From a virus, in UHGV virus genome UHGV-0289467: a stretch of 46,550 nucleotides of DNA; one strand, given 5' to 3'. Shown piece by piece: positions 1 through 8,652 of the stretch (positions are counted from its first letter, which is position 1; every line of letters starts with the position of its first letter). A program made the position numbers and the translations under genes. Below the pieces are notes generated by a model, which searched no databases, had not been told where the DNA came from, and worked only from the letters and a program-made list of their open reading frames with translations.

Positions 1-17
1 CTTTCGCCCCTTTATTT

Positions 18-1106
18 TTACAGCGCGGTTTGCGTGCCGTAGCCGTTGAAAACTTTGCTTCGACCATTGAAATCCTTACGGATTTGCAGGCCCATAGCAG
101 CCCAGGTCAGGAAGTTAAAGTTAGCGTGCGGCGTGGTGCGCGGCTCTGCATAGGTGGATACTGGCTGAGCGACGCGAGGGCGAATATACAGCGCGTTCTT
201 CACATAGCCGACGAAATGGTTTCCGGTCAGCTTGAAGTTGGTGCCGATAGACGCGATGCGGCCAACGTTGCCGGTTTTGCCGAATGCGAGGATGTAATCC
301 TCAATGGTGCCGCCTTTGAAGCCTGCCGCGTTGGAGTACGGGCGGCTGAAGGAGCGGCGCACAGACGGAGAAACCCACAGAGTAACCGGCTCGAACACGT
401 TCTGTGCATCCAGAACCGCCTGGAAATCCTGGTTGAAGAACTTAACGATTTCATCAGGGGTTGCAGTTTGCAGGTCGATGTTCAGCGCACCATTGCCAGA
501 AGCACTCAGGTTAAGCTGCACGGTGTTCGGGTGGTTGGTGATTCCGTAAGCAGTATAAACGCCGTTCACGTTCAGGCTTGCGTCGCCGACCAGCAGATAA
601 TCCGCCATGTCTGCGCGCAGGTTGAAGGTGGTGCTTTCCTGGTCATCAATCAGCGGGTCGAAACCTTCAGACTGCATGCCCAACAGCTCCCGCCACTCGC
701 GGCCATAACCGGTTTTGAAGATCGGGATTACATCGCCGCTGTAGGAATAGCGGGTTTTATCCAGGTCTTCAGGCTCCTGACCGGAGATGGTGCGCACAAC
801 CTTACCAGCGTCGGAAGCCATGCGGCTGATTGCCACGGTCTTACCGATATTGATGTTGGTCGCCAGCGTCATCAGGTCGGCCATCATGTCCATGCCGGAC
901 TCGTTGCGGAAGACACGGGTGGTCACGTCGTCCACTTCGCGCCAGTAGTCTTTCGTTACCAGTGCGGTGGCGTTCACGCCGTATTCTTTCGCCAGAGCGT
1001 TTTCACCATTGATGAAAACCTTGCGGTCAACGGTCAGGTGACGCCATTGCTCTTTAACCACCTGCGAGTTGGTGATTAAGCCTTTAGTAAAGATAATCTT
1101 TTCCAT
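18..1106 (-). CDS. major capsid protein (HK97-fold candidate)
   Basis: 362-aa ORF at the end of the head module, downstream of scaffold and decoration genes; AGGAG RBS 7 nt upstream of ATG at 1106; size and position typical of siphovirus MCP. Confidence 0.75.
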   Translation of the reverse strand: MEKIIFTKGLITNSQVVKEQWRHLTVDRKVFINGENALAKEYGVNATALVTKDYWREVDDVTTRVFRNESGMDMMADLMTLATNINIGKTVAISRMASDAGKVVRTISGQEPEDLDKTRYSYSGDVIPIFKTGYGREWRELLGMQSEGFDPLIDDQESTTFNLRADMADYLLVGDASLNVNGVYTAYGITNHPNTVQLNLSASGNGALNIDLQTATPDEIVKFFNQDFQAVLDAQNVFEPVTLWVSPSVRRSFSRPYSNAAGFKGGTIEDYILAFGKTGNVGRIASIGTNFKLTGNHFVGYVKNALYIRPRVAQPVSTYAEPRTTPHANFNFLTWAAMGLQIRKDFNGRSKVFNGYGTQTAL

Positions 1107-1117
1107 TGTTCGGCTCC

Positions 1118-1585
1118 TTACGCCGCAGGCATTGCAGCATTGCCAGCACGACGAACTGCAACCAGTTCATCGCCATCAGATGCTACGGTGTAGGCTTCAT
1201 ACGCATAGAACAGGATTTTATCACCTGTGCCAGCCACTTTTAACGCGCCGGAGCCATTGCTTGCCAGCGGAGTACCTTTTACCAGCTCGGATGATTTCTC
1301 AACCAGAGCGTGATACGTTACGCCAAATTCGCACTGTACTGCCATGCCGGTAGCATTCGCCGGCACAGCTTCGCTCACGTCACCGCCACCAACATAGTTG
1401 TGTTGCAGGACGTAAGGAAAACCATGACCGCCAGCAGTCGCATGCGCGATGATTTTGTTGTCAGAGGGGTTGAAATCGACCAGCGCGCCAGGTTGCAGCG
1501 AGACGTTCATCAGGCCTTCGCGCAACTGCGGGTCATTTTTGCGGGCCGGGCCGCCGATGATGGTGCCATAACGGATAGTAGCCAT
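1118..1585 (-). CDS. putative head decoration protein
   Basis: 155-aa Gly/Ala-rich ORF between scaffold and MCP, GGAGG RBS; position typical of decoration protein. Confidence 0.5.
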   Translation of the reverse strand: MATIRYGTIIGGPARKNDPQLREGLMNVSLQPGALVDFNPSDNKIIAHATAGGHGFPYVLQHNYVGGGDVSEAVPANATGMAVQCEFGVTYHALVEKSSELVKGTPLASNGSGALKVAGTGDKILFYAYEAYTVASDGDELVAVRRAGNAAMPAA

Positions 1586-2985
1586 TATTCAGGTGCCTCC
1601 ATATCAAAATCGTCTTCGGCACGGTTCGGCTGGAACCCGCCGGAAATCGGAGCCGCTTTACTGGTGAGCGCATAGGTTTCACGCAGTGCTTCGCCAGTCA
1701 GCGCATTAACAGCAGATTCCGGCAACTTCAGCTCAGCCATAATGGCAGCGCGCATTGCGGTTTCTTCCTGGGCGGCATTGGCTTGCAGCTGGTCGCGCAG
1801 GGTTTTGTTTTGCGCCTCCACATCGGCCAGTTTCTGGTTGACTGCGGTCAACGATTCCTGAACCGGTTTGAGGGCATCGGCTAATGCAGCCTGTAATTCC
1901 TCGTTAGTCATTGAGATTTCCCCTTGAGTTGTTTTTACCGGTTCAAGCTCTGTCTTATAAACAGCCTTAACCCGTTCACCGACTAATTCTACCATATCCT
2001 CGCGGACGATGTAGGACTGCATATAAATGGTGCCGTCAATCTCAACGCCGAAGTAATTATCATAAACGGCGACGATATAGGGCCATACATCAGACTGAGT
2101 CTCTGCCTTGATGATATTGCGGAGTTGCTCAGTAATATCAGTGAATGACAGCTGATTGCCAGTCAGTCGATTGATGGCGCGCTGCCACCATTTGATTTTG
2201 TTTGCACTTTCGTCGGTCATTGCCGATTCCTCAAGGTTAACCACAACGCGCTCAATTTCTTCGCCGTTAGCAGCAAAGATACCGACACCATCAGCAGGGC
2301 CGCCAGCACCGGGAATGCCAGGCGGAAGAATTGCGAGGTGATCCCACTCCATATTCCGGGCAATCCAGGAATATTTTTTACCCTTAGAGGTTCCTGATGC
2401 CTGTTCGCGGTTGAGCAACAGGCCCGTGGACACTTGCACAGGTTCAGCGTCAGCGCCGTTAACTTTGAGTCCGTCAATGCGCGACAGCAATTCTTTGCCT
2501 TTATCAGAGCGCTCAGCCACCACCTTATTAATATAAAGGTCTACCAGCGCCTTGCTGCCGTCATGAGATGAGTTCTCAATCCATGCGCCAACGCTGAACT
2601 GATTGGCGGCTCGCGTCATGTTGGCCGACACATATTTACCGTCAATCTTCGGGTGGTCATACGGCGCCGGTTTCCCGTCAAGGCCATGAAATGATTTTTT
2701 AATCTCATCGCCAGGGTACAGGCCGCCGTTCATGACAATATCATCCACCACCGGCACAACATTCTTGATGACATAGTGCGGGTCGCCATCAATGATTTTT
2801 TCACTGATGTTGCTGGCTGAGTTGATGGTATACAGGATGTTAACCTGTAATTTATTATTCATGTGCTTGAATGCCTCCACCTCAGCAAGGCGCTTTTTCG
2901 CCGCTTCTTCGGTGTCGTACTCGCCAAACTGGTGCGAGCCATCCTTAGATTTAACGACCCATTTGTCGCCAATTTTGACAATCAT
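1585..2985 (-). CDS. head scaffolding protein (possible prohead protease-scaffold fusion)
   Basis: 466 aa; C-terminal third is Ala/Gln/Glu-rich predicted coiled coil (…[37 protein letters not shown]…) ending in an acidic tail; lies immediately upstream of decoration and MCP genes. Confidence 0.45.
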   Translation of the reverse strand: MIVKIGDKWVVKSKDGSHQFGEYDTEEAAKKRLAEVEAFKHMNNKLQVNILYTINSASNISEKIIDGDPHYVIKNVVPVVDDIVMNGGLYPGDEIKKSFHGLDGKPAPYDHPKIDGKYVSANMTRAANQFSVGAWIENSSHDGSKALVDLYINKVVAERSDKGKELLSRIDGLKVNGADAEPVQVSTGLLLNREQASGTSKGKKYSWIARNMEWDHLAILPPGIPGAGGPADGVGIFAANGEEIERVVVNLEESAMTDESANKIKWWQRAINRLTGNQLSFTDITEQLRNIIKAETQSDVWPYIVAVYDNYFGVEIDGTIYMQSYIVREDMVELVGERVKAVYKTELEPVKTTQGEISMTNEELQAALADALKPVQESLTAVNQKLADVEAQNKTLRDQLQANAAQEETAMRAAIMAELKLPESAVNALTGEALRETYALTSKAAPISGGFQPNRAEDDFDMEAPE

Positions 2986-3167
2986 GACCTTTCTCCGCGC
3001 TTACTTTATGCCCGGATTATAACACACCATGAATATGCACCACGAAACGGACGCGAGAAGGTAAAGCTGAGATTCGGTAAAAGCGAAAAGAGTAGCAAAG
3101 AATGATATCAGTATGATTGGCATGGCTGCTACCTCCTGAGTGCAAGGTAACAGCCACGGAAGAGAAT

Positions 3168-3512
3168 TTATTGAGGACTATTCTTATTTAACATTCCGCA
3201 GTTAATTTTTGCGCGGTTTACGGCATCCATGAATTTCCCGACAGACATCGTTTTGCGTATTTCAGCCAGAATGGCGCCGTGCAACATTCTTTCTTCGCCG
3301 TAGTAGAGCTTATCAAGTCGAGTGCGAACCAGTGCGCGGGTGCGCTGCATATGTCCCTTCGCCTTCATGGCCTTCTCTCTCCATACTCTGCCTGCATCAT
3401 GATTCCCAGCGAGCTGGCGCTCGATAGCCTCGATTTCAAAGGCAAGCGTCATATCAATGTCATCCAGTTCGCTGATTGTTGCTTCCATGATTTCGTTAAG
3501 TTGTAGTTTCAT
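3168..3512 (-). CDS. hypothetical early protein
   Basis: 114-aa ORF in minus-strand early operon, translationally coupled neighbours. Confidence 0.4.
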   Translation of the reverse strand: MKLQLNEIMEATISELDDIDMTLAFEIEAIERQLAGNHDAGRVWREKAMKAKGHMQRTRALVRTRLDKLYYGEERMLHGAILAEIRKTMSVGKFMDAVNRAKINCGMLNKNSPQ

Positions 3513-3769
3513 ACTTTCACCTTTAATCCATGTTTATTTAATGCAGATACAACCCCATCAACTGAATAAACAGCATAGAAAAAATCCGCCGGGTCTTGCT
3601 GTTCTGGCAGTTCAATCTCAATCGCCGCGCGTGATGCTTGCCATGCACCCCAGGCAAGGTGAATGCCAAATTTAGCGTAGCAATTGCGCTCTGGCTGCCA
3701 TTCGACATCTTCTCCGTATAATCCGTGGACATCTTCGAGCCATGATTCAAACTGCTCTCTACTCGTCAT
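3509..3769 (-). CDS. hypothetical early protein
   Basis: 86-aa ORF, 4-nt start/stop overlap with neighbours. Confidence 0.4.
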   Translation of the reverse strand: MTSREQFESWLEDVHGLYGEDVEWQPERNCYAKFGIHLAWGAWQASRAAIEIELPEQQDPADFFYAVYSVDGVVSALNKHGLKVKV

Positions 3770-4041
3770 TTCTCCTCCTCATCAAAATACTTAATCTCGC
3801 CATCAACCATGTTTTGCCGTGGAATATGCAAATCAGTGCCATTAACTGACAGCATGATGCTGTTATCCAGCTCTACGCACCCATCGGCGAAGAAAGTGCT
3901 TTTCTTTCCGTTGAGCCACTCAATTGTTACTCTGCATTTTCTTTGTTCCACTATCCACCCCATCTCTCTGCGATTATTGGCCGTGCGCTCACAGTTGGTG
4001 ACAAACAGCACGGTTCCTGATTTATGCTTTACCGCCCACAT
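3766..4041 (-). CDS. hypothetical early protein
   Basis: 91-aa ORF, overlap-coupled. Confidence 0.4.
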   Translation of the reverse strand: MWAVKHKSGTVLFVTNCERTANNRREMGWIVEQRKCRVTIEWLNGKKSTFFADGCVELDNSIMLSVNGTDLHIPRQNMVDGEIKYFDEEEK

Positions 4042-4517
4042 GACTGGCGCGCCCCGGCAAGCAGCTTTTCAAACATCATCCTGTCACGACTCATTCCAAA
4101 CGGGATGACTTCCTGCCAGTAATATTTCCATGCACCGCCGGGAAGCATTTCACGGTCAACCTGACCAATGCTTGCCAGGTAGCGCATGCGTGCCTTGAGG
4201 ATGGTGTAGTTGACGCCGACAGCCTCTGCTATCTGCTTGCTCTTGCGTCCCGGATTCGCCTCAAGATAGGTCTGAATTGCCAGGTCAAGCGCGGTATTGT
4301 CGGGATTGAGGAAATACTTAAAGCAGCGCCTGCCATAGCTGACGCTTTCCTCTTTAATAATAAATCCCATACCCTCCAGCTCAATCAGATAGCCGGTAAC
4401 GCTGGCTCGGTTTGTCATGCCGGTCTGCTTGCGTATCATGGCGTTGGTTGCTCCACCGCAGCGCTCTATCACCGTGAGTATTTGCGTTTTAAAGTCCATT
4501 TGCGCGCTCCATTGCAT
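4029..4517 (-). CDS. putative winged-helix DNA-binding protein
   Basis: 162 aa; central segment (…MIRKQTGMTNRASVTGYLIELEGMGFII…) resembles MarR/ArsR-type wHTH; start may be at internal Met. Confidence 0.35.
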   Translation of the reverse strand: MQWSAQMDFKTQILTVIERCGGATNAMIRKQTGMTNRASVTGYLIELEGMGFIIKEESVSYGRRCFKYFLNPDNTALDLAIQTYLEANPGRKSKQIAEAVGVNYTILKARMRYLASIGQVDREMLPGGAWKYYWQEVIPFGMSRDRMMFEKLLAGARQSCGR

Positions 4518-4725
4518 CTTGTTTGTAGTCGTCAGCGGTGTAGAGGTGGCCGTTGCGGGTGTTCCATTTCATGATTGCTGTCGCCGCAACCATCCAGTAA
4601 TCAGTACGGCAGCCGCAATCCTGGCATACTACAAAATGCCATTGCCCATCCTTGTTCCGCATGGAATTTTCGCTACCGCAAAACGGACACTCTAGTAATT
4701 TCTCATCATTCATCATTGGTTTCAT
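4489..4725 (-). CDS. Lar-family-like zinc-ribbon protein (restriction alleviation candidate)
   Basis: ~78 aa; LECPFCG…(24 aa)…CQDCGC four-Cys ribbon with CPFCG signature characteristic of the Lar family; GGTGG RBS before the MKPMM start. Confidence 0.5.
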   Translation of the reverse strand: MKPMMNDEKLLECPFCGSENSMRNKDGQWHFVVCQDCGCRTDYWMVAATAIMKWNTRNGHLYTADDYKQDAMERANGL

Positions 4726-4913
4726 TTCGCCACCCATTCACCAATATTGCTGAAATGCGGTCGCCCTTCGCGCCACTCAATAATTTCGCGGTTAACCTGC
4801 CGTTGCATGCGGTTGCGAACCTCGCGCAATTCGCTTTCAACCCAGGCGCGAGTACGGTCAAGTTCTTCCAGCTTGTTCAGCAATTCTTTTTCGTACACCT
4901 GATCAGTAGTCAT
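4722..4913 (-). CDS. hypothetical early protein
   Basis: 63-aa charged coiled-coil-like ORF with GAGAGA RBS. Confidence 0.4.
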   Translation of the reverse strand: MTTDQVYEKELLNKLEELDRTRAWVESELREVRNRMQRQVNREIIEWREGRPHFSNIGEWVAK

Positions 4914-4996
4914 TTTTTCTCTCCATCAGCACTTTGTAGTGAACGCCATAATATTTGAGTACCTGACTATGGTTATGCAGATACCCGTCATCATCT

Positions 4997-5212
4997 TCAA
5001 TCAACAGTCTTACCACGATGTAAAACGCCCGGTAGAGTTCTGTCCATCCATGACAACATTTGCGCTTCCTCGGCTTCATGGGCGGCCTCCATAGCAGCCA
5101 GATCAATGCGCTGCTCGATAGATTTAATGATTGACTCTGGCACATTAAGCATTTGCAGAGTCTCCCTGCAATCGCGCTTATGAACTTCTGTCACCTCCTG
5201 CCACTTTTTCAT
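4997..5212 (-). CDS. hypothetical early protein
   Basis: 71-aa ORF whose ATG overlaps the stop of the upstream HNH gene (ATGA). Confidence 0.4.
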   Translation of the reverse strand: MKKWQEVTEVHKRDCRETLQMLNVPESIIKSIEQRIDLAAMEAAHEAEEAQMLSWMDRTLPGVLHRGKTVD

Positions 5213-5730
5213 TCCACACCACCTTTTATCATTCTTTTTGGCCTATTGATTCCATGGTTTTCATGGAAACCATATTTCATTTCAGCTTCAAGTCTGGCCT
5301 TTATTGCTTCGCTCTTTTCTGAAAAGCGACCTAAGTGCAGCCTTGTTCCGTTTAAGACTATTTGCGCGTACCACTTGCCGCGCTTTTTATCAAAACAAAC
5401 ACCAACAACACCACTGGTGTTGTCGCTCCTGATTGAACTGTTTCTCGTGTTTTCTCTCCTGTTAACAAGCCTGAGATTCTCTATTCGGTTGTCATCTCTG
5501 ATGTGGTTGATGTGATCAATTTCCATGTCTTCCGGTATTGGTCCGTTAAATAGCTCCCAAACAATCCTGTGCTCATATGTCTGGGTGTATTTTACTTTTA
5601 CCTTTCGATAACCTGTCGTTGGCTCCAGGCACCCAATCCTTGCGCCAGCCTTTACGTTGTTTGACGGCTTAACCTTCCAGTAAAGCTTGCCGTTTTCGTA
5701 AACAAACAAGTCAATAAAGTTCATATCCAC
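5209..5730 (-). CDS. HNH homing endonuclease with C-terminal AP2 DNA-binding domain
   Basis: 173 aa; HNH core IDHINHIRDDNRIENLRLV followed by AP2-type motif GVVGVCFDKKRGKWYAQI…; paralogous to ORFs at 22936 and 34230. Confidence 0.85.
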   Translation of the reverse strand: MDMNFIDLFVYENGKLYWKVKPSNNVKAGARIGCLEPTTGYRKVKVKYTQTYEHRIVWELFNGPIPEDMEIDHINHIRDDNRIENLRLVNRRENTRNSSIRSDNTSGVVGVCFDKKRGKWYAQIVLNGTRLHLGRFSEKSEAIKARLEAEMKYGFHENHGINRPKRMIKGGVE

Positions 5731-5770
5731 ATCACTCGCATTAAGATGTTATAATCTACAACACCTAGTA

Positions 5771-5796
5771 TTGACTAATTGACGTAGATTAGTCAA
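5771..5796. promoter_or_regulatory. operator-like palindrome TTGACTAAT-N8-ATTAGTCAA in divergent early promoter region
   Basis: perfect 9-bp inverted repeat (5771-5779 / 5788-5796) whose 8-bp spacer TGACGTAG is the core of the recurrent TTGACGTAGATT motif; sits between divergent operons 5730<- and ->5820. Confidence 0.5.
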
Positions 5797-5819
5797 GATG
5801 ATTTCACAGGAGAGCGACA

Positions 5820-6020
5820 ATGGCGAGACAACGCAAAGAACCACTGGAAGTACTGACTGATATTATCGCTAAGCGCCAGCCGTTAAGCCTGCGAGATGTC
5901 AGATATTACGCGCACTGCTATGTAGCAATGCGGGAATGGAGCGCTGAAGAAATGTATGCGTTTGTGCGTGAACACTTCAGCGTGGATGAGAAAAACAAGG
6001 TTACATTGAGGGTGGAGTAA
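5820..6020 (+). CDS. hypothetical early protein
   Basis: 66-aa ORF, GGAG RBS; first gene of plus-strand early operon. Confidence 0.45.
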   Translation: MARQRKEPLEVLTDIIAKRQPLSLRDVRYYAHCYVAMREWSAEEMYAFVREHFSVDEKNKVTLRVE

Positions 6021-6214
6021 TGATGAAGTTTATCGTTCTTGATAACAGTGGCGGGAGTGCGATGACCGACAAGGAAAAGCATGGCGTCAGCTTCCGGGTG
6101 TTCAACAACCGCATCGATGCATGGGCGCATCTGATTGAGCACGACAATGGGCCGGATGCTCGCGTTGCTCAGATTGAAATTAAAATAATTGAAGAGAGTG
6201 GGGTGAATGAGTGA
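6020..6214 (+). CDS. hypothetical early protein
   Basis: 64 aa, TAATG coupling to upstream gene. Confidence 0.4.
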   Translation: MMKFIVLDNSGGSAMTDKEKHGVSFRVFNNRIDAWAHLIEHDNGPDARVAQIEIKIIEESGVNE

Positions 6215-6603
6215 TGATGATAAAACACAACTACCATAAAGGAAGTGAAGTTAGCGCCAGTGGCGAGCATGTGCGCATCAAGTGCGGAGATTTGATAATG
6301 GATGGCAAGTGGCATGAGGCCAATCTTGGCGCTAGTAACGGAACAGAAGCCCTTATAACCGAGCGCGGCAGCCGTTATGGCAAATTCAAAGACGGCGCAG
6401 AAATAATGCGGTCGCTGAAGCGAGTTATGCATGACACGGAGGGGTGGGGCAACCTGACGGCGAGCCAGAAGGAAGCGCTCGACATGATTCAGCATAAAAT
6501 CGGTCGCATCCTGAATGGCGACCCGATATACGACGATAGCTGGAAAGACATTGCTGGCTATGCAACATTAATTGTTAATGAACTGAATGGGGAGGTAAGG
6601 TGA
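6211..6603 (+). CDS. hypothetical early protein
   Basis: 130 aa, coupled. Confidence 0.4.
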   Translation: MMMIKHNYHKGSEVSASGEHVRIKCGDLIMDGKWHEANLGASNGTEALITERGSRYGKFKDGAEIMRSLKRVMHDTEGWGNLTASQKEALDMIQHKIGRILNGDPIYDDSWKDIAGYATLIVNELNGEVR

Positions 6604-6812
6604 TGGGTGTTTATGATGAACTTGACGATGCAATTCTGCGCCGTCTTGATGATTCAATCCGTCCTGTAGATATCGGGTCGATTTGGCGTGAGGTGTTGGA
6701 TATTTCACCAGTCAAAAACATCACAATCCTTGACAGAAGAATGCAGGCGCCGAAAAAGAAGGGGCTGGTTTATAACATGAAAGGTAAAGGCTGGGCGAGG
6801 TTATCAAAATGA
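6600..6812 (+). CDS. hypothetical early protein
   Basis: 70 aa, coupled. Confidence 0.4.
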   Translation: MMGVYDELDDAILRRLDDSIRPVDIGSIWREVLDISPVKNITILDRRMQAPKKKGLVYNMKGKGWARLSK

Positions 6813-7171
6813 AAAGACTCCTGAGAAACATCGCATGGGATATCTTCCTGACGTGGCCGCTGATTTACTTCGGTCTGTTCATGCAGAATGTGTATGCATA
6901 CAATATGGCTGTGGCTCTTTTCTGGTTCATGTCGATTGCTTCAATCATCGCATCGGTTGGCTTGCTGTCAAGAAAAGACCTGCTTGATAAATCCGTTGCT
7001 CGCTACAAAAAGCCGCTATGGATTCATCATAAATACCAGGTTGTGACGACATTTTGCGAAATAGCAGCAATGTTCGCGCTTGGTTATTTCTGGCTTGGTG
7101 GATTTTATCTGACCGCGACGCTGCTTCGCGCTGCCGCCAAGGAAAAAGTGATAGAGGAGGCTGGTAAATAA
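6809..7171 (+). CDS. hypothetical integral membrane protein (3-4 predicted TM helices)
   Basis: 120 aa with hydrophobic stretches LIYFGLFMQNVYAYNMAVALFWFMSIASIIASVGLL and AAMFALGYFWLGGFYLTATLL. Confidence 0.45.
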   Translation: MKRLLRNIAWDIFLTWPLIYFGLFMQNVYAYNMAVALFWFMSIASIIASVGLLSRKDLLDKSVARYKKPLWIHHKYQVVTTFCEIAAMFALGYFWLGGFYLTATLLRAAAKEKVIEEAGK

Positions 7172-7311
7172 TGCCGGTAAAGCAGAATAGAGTACCAAAG
7201 GCCTACATCATCACCAGCAACCGTGGCCGCCGCTATCTGGCTTTTGCTGGTAGTGTTGAGCATCAGAACGCGGCCATGTTTGGGTATAAAATTAAACCAC
7301 TGTATGAGTGA
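7171..7311 (+). CDS. hypothetical small protein (46 aa)
   Basis: ORF below track cutoff found by reading; TAATG coupling. Confidence 0.3.
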   Translation: MPVKQNRVPKAYIITSNRGRRYLAFAGSVEHQNAAMFGYKIKPLYE

Positions 7312-7318
7312 GAGAAAA

Positions 7319-7468
7319 ATGGAAGAGAAAAAGTATGTTGTTGAGTTCACTGAGGGTGAGCTTAATCAGGTAATGGAGTGTATCAAGCAGGCGTGGGCCG
7401 ATGGCTTTGAAGATAAAGACCTTGAGAGCGCAGGAAGCAAGATTGTCGACAGGCTTAATGACCTGTAA
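7319..7468 (+). CDS. hypothetical small acidic protein (49 aa)
   Basis: ORF below track cutoff; followed directly by terminator hairpin. Confidence 0.3.
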   Translation: MEEKKYVVEFTEGELNQVMECIKQAWADGFEDKDLESAGSKIVDRLNDL

Positions 7469-7469
7469 A

Positions 7470-7500
7470 ACAAAGCCCCTTTACGGGGCTTTTTTATTAC
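7470..7500. terminator. bidirectional rho-independent terminator
   Basis: AAAGCCCCtttaCGGGGCTTTTTTATT hairpin flanked by A/T runs; separates convergent early (+) and lysis (-) units. Confidence 0.7.
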
Positions 7501-7975
7501 GGAGGGAGTTGTATTGTGCCTGGCACGTCAATCCCGCCTCTCTTGCTGAGTCAGCATATTCTGCCAGTTGTCGATTTCTTTCGACAGATTCGCTGAGCAG
7601 CTGGGAGAGCAAAACTCCGGTACTGGCGGTTGGATTGCCAATGGACTCAGCGCGGGAATAATCGACGAGCTGCTTTCTGATTGTGGTGAGCTGTTGCTGC
7701 AACCTGCCAGACTTAACAGCAGCAGCGGAAGCATCAGCACGCGCGGCATCAATGCGACTCTGCGCTTCCTGCTCGATGGTCTTTTTGTCTTGCTCATGTT
7801 GTTCGCTTGCCTCTTTGTCTTTGACCTTCTGCGCCTCTACGGCGGCCAGATATCCAGAGTTATATTTCGCCTTACCGTAATTGACCCACTTCCCGTAGAT
7901 AATCAGCGCCAGAAGCATAACGCCGACAATGGCCGCAATAACCTTCCAGTTAGCCTTGAGGATTTGCAGAATCAT
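7481..7975 (-). CDS. i-spanin (Rz-like)
   Basis: 164 aa: N-terminal TM (IAAIVGVMLLALIIYG) then long Ala/Gln-rich coiled coil; last gene of lysis cassette; embedded +1-frame lipoprotein ORF. Confidence 0.7.
   Translation of the reverse strand: MILQILKANWKVIAAIVGVMLLALIIYGKWVNYGKAKYNSGYLAAVEAQKVKDKEASEQHEQDKKTIEQEAQSRIDAARADASAAAVKSGRLQQQLTTIRKQLVDYSRAESIGNPTASTGVLLSQLLSESVERNRQLAEYADSAREAGLTCQAQYNSLRNKKAP
7528..7749 (-). CDS. o-spanin (Rz1-like lipoprotein) embedded in Rz
   Basis: ORF entirely inside Rz in another frame; MPRVLMLPLLLLSLAGC lipobox signal then Pro/Ser-rich periplasmic part. Confidence 0.65.
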   Translation of the reverse strand: MPRVLMLPLLLLSLAGCSNSSPQSESSSSIIPALSPLAIQPPVPEFCSPSCSANLSKEIDNWQNMLTQQERRD

Positions 7976-8195
7976 TTTTCAGCGCCTTAATCTCTTTCTT
8001 CATGCCGTGCATTTTTCCAAACAGCGAGGCAAGAAGGATGCTGTAGCTGATAGCCTTGACCGCAATGGGCGGAATGGCAGACTTGAGGTCTTCCGGCATG
8101 AAAGCCCACACATGAACCATAGCGTCAGGCCAGAGCTGAATCAGCGAGCAGAATGACGCCCAGATGCCGATAAGCCAGTTACTGAGGCGCTTCAT
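7950..8195 (-). CDS. holin (two TM helices)
   Basis: 81 aa, two hydrophobic helices and charged C-terminus; between endolysin and spanins. Confidence 0.55.
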   Translation of the reverse strand: MKRLSNWLIGIWASFCSLIQLWPDAMVHVWAFMPEDLKSAIPPIAVKAISYSILLASLFGKMHGMKKEIKALKNDSANPQG

Positions 8196-8626
8196 GACAT
8201 GTAGACCTGGCGTTCTGCCGCCCGACGCCTGGTCAGTCCGTTCATGACCTTGCCATTAGCGCGATTCCATACCCGGAACTGGTCGGCTGCACAGGTGTAG
8301 CAGCGGGCGTTATGCTTTTTCAGAAGCGTTGATTTGCCAAAGTTACCAAGGCCGATGTTATAGGCCAGCGACACCATTGCATCAAACTGGCCCTGAGTTG
8401 TTGTGGCGGTAATGAGTGACGAGACGCCGCTTTCAAATTTCGCTACGTCGTCACGCAGCATCTTTTCCGCTTGTTCTGCGGTGATAACCATGCCTGGCTT
8501 AACGCCACGGGTTGTGCCGTAACCGATAGTCCACGGTACGCCGCCAGTAGCTGGGTCCGGGTATGCCTTCGAGCTGTAACCCTCGAATTGCTTGATTAAA
8601 TCAATGCCGCGTTGCGATAGTTTCAT
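8192..8626 (-). CDS. endolysin, GH24 (T4/P22-type) lysozyme
   Basis: 144 aa; LIKQFEGYSSKAYPDPATGGVPWTIGYGTT is the canonical GH24 catalytic region (E…D…T); GGAGGT RBS. Confidence 0.9.
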   Translation of the reverse strand: MKLSQRGIDLIKQFEGYSSKAYPDPATGGVPWTIGYGTTRGVKPGMVITAEQAEKMLRDDVAKFESGVSSLITATTTQGQFDAMVSLAYNIGLGNFGKSTLLKKHNARCYTCAADQFRVWNRANGKVMNGLTRRRAAERQVYMS

Positions 8627-8652
8627 TTTTTTACCTCCGGTGATGCAGATTA

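Noticed and set aside
30-1079. 349-aa plus-strand ORF antisense to the major capsid gene (similar long antisense ORFs at 11886-12587, 1310-1675 and 40261-40638)
   Set aside because: Arg/Ala/Gly-rich low-complexity translations fully nested in well-supported genes on the other strand, with no RBS. These are typical shadow ORFs in GC-biased coding sequence.
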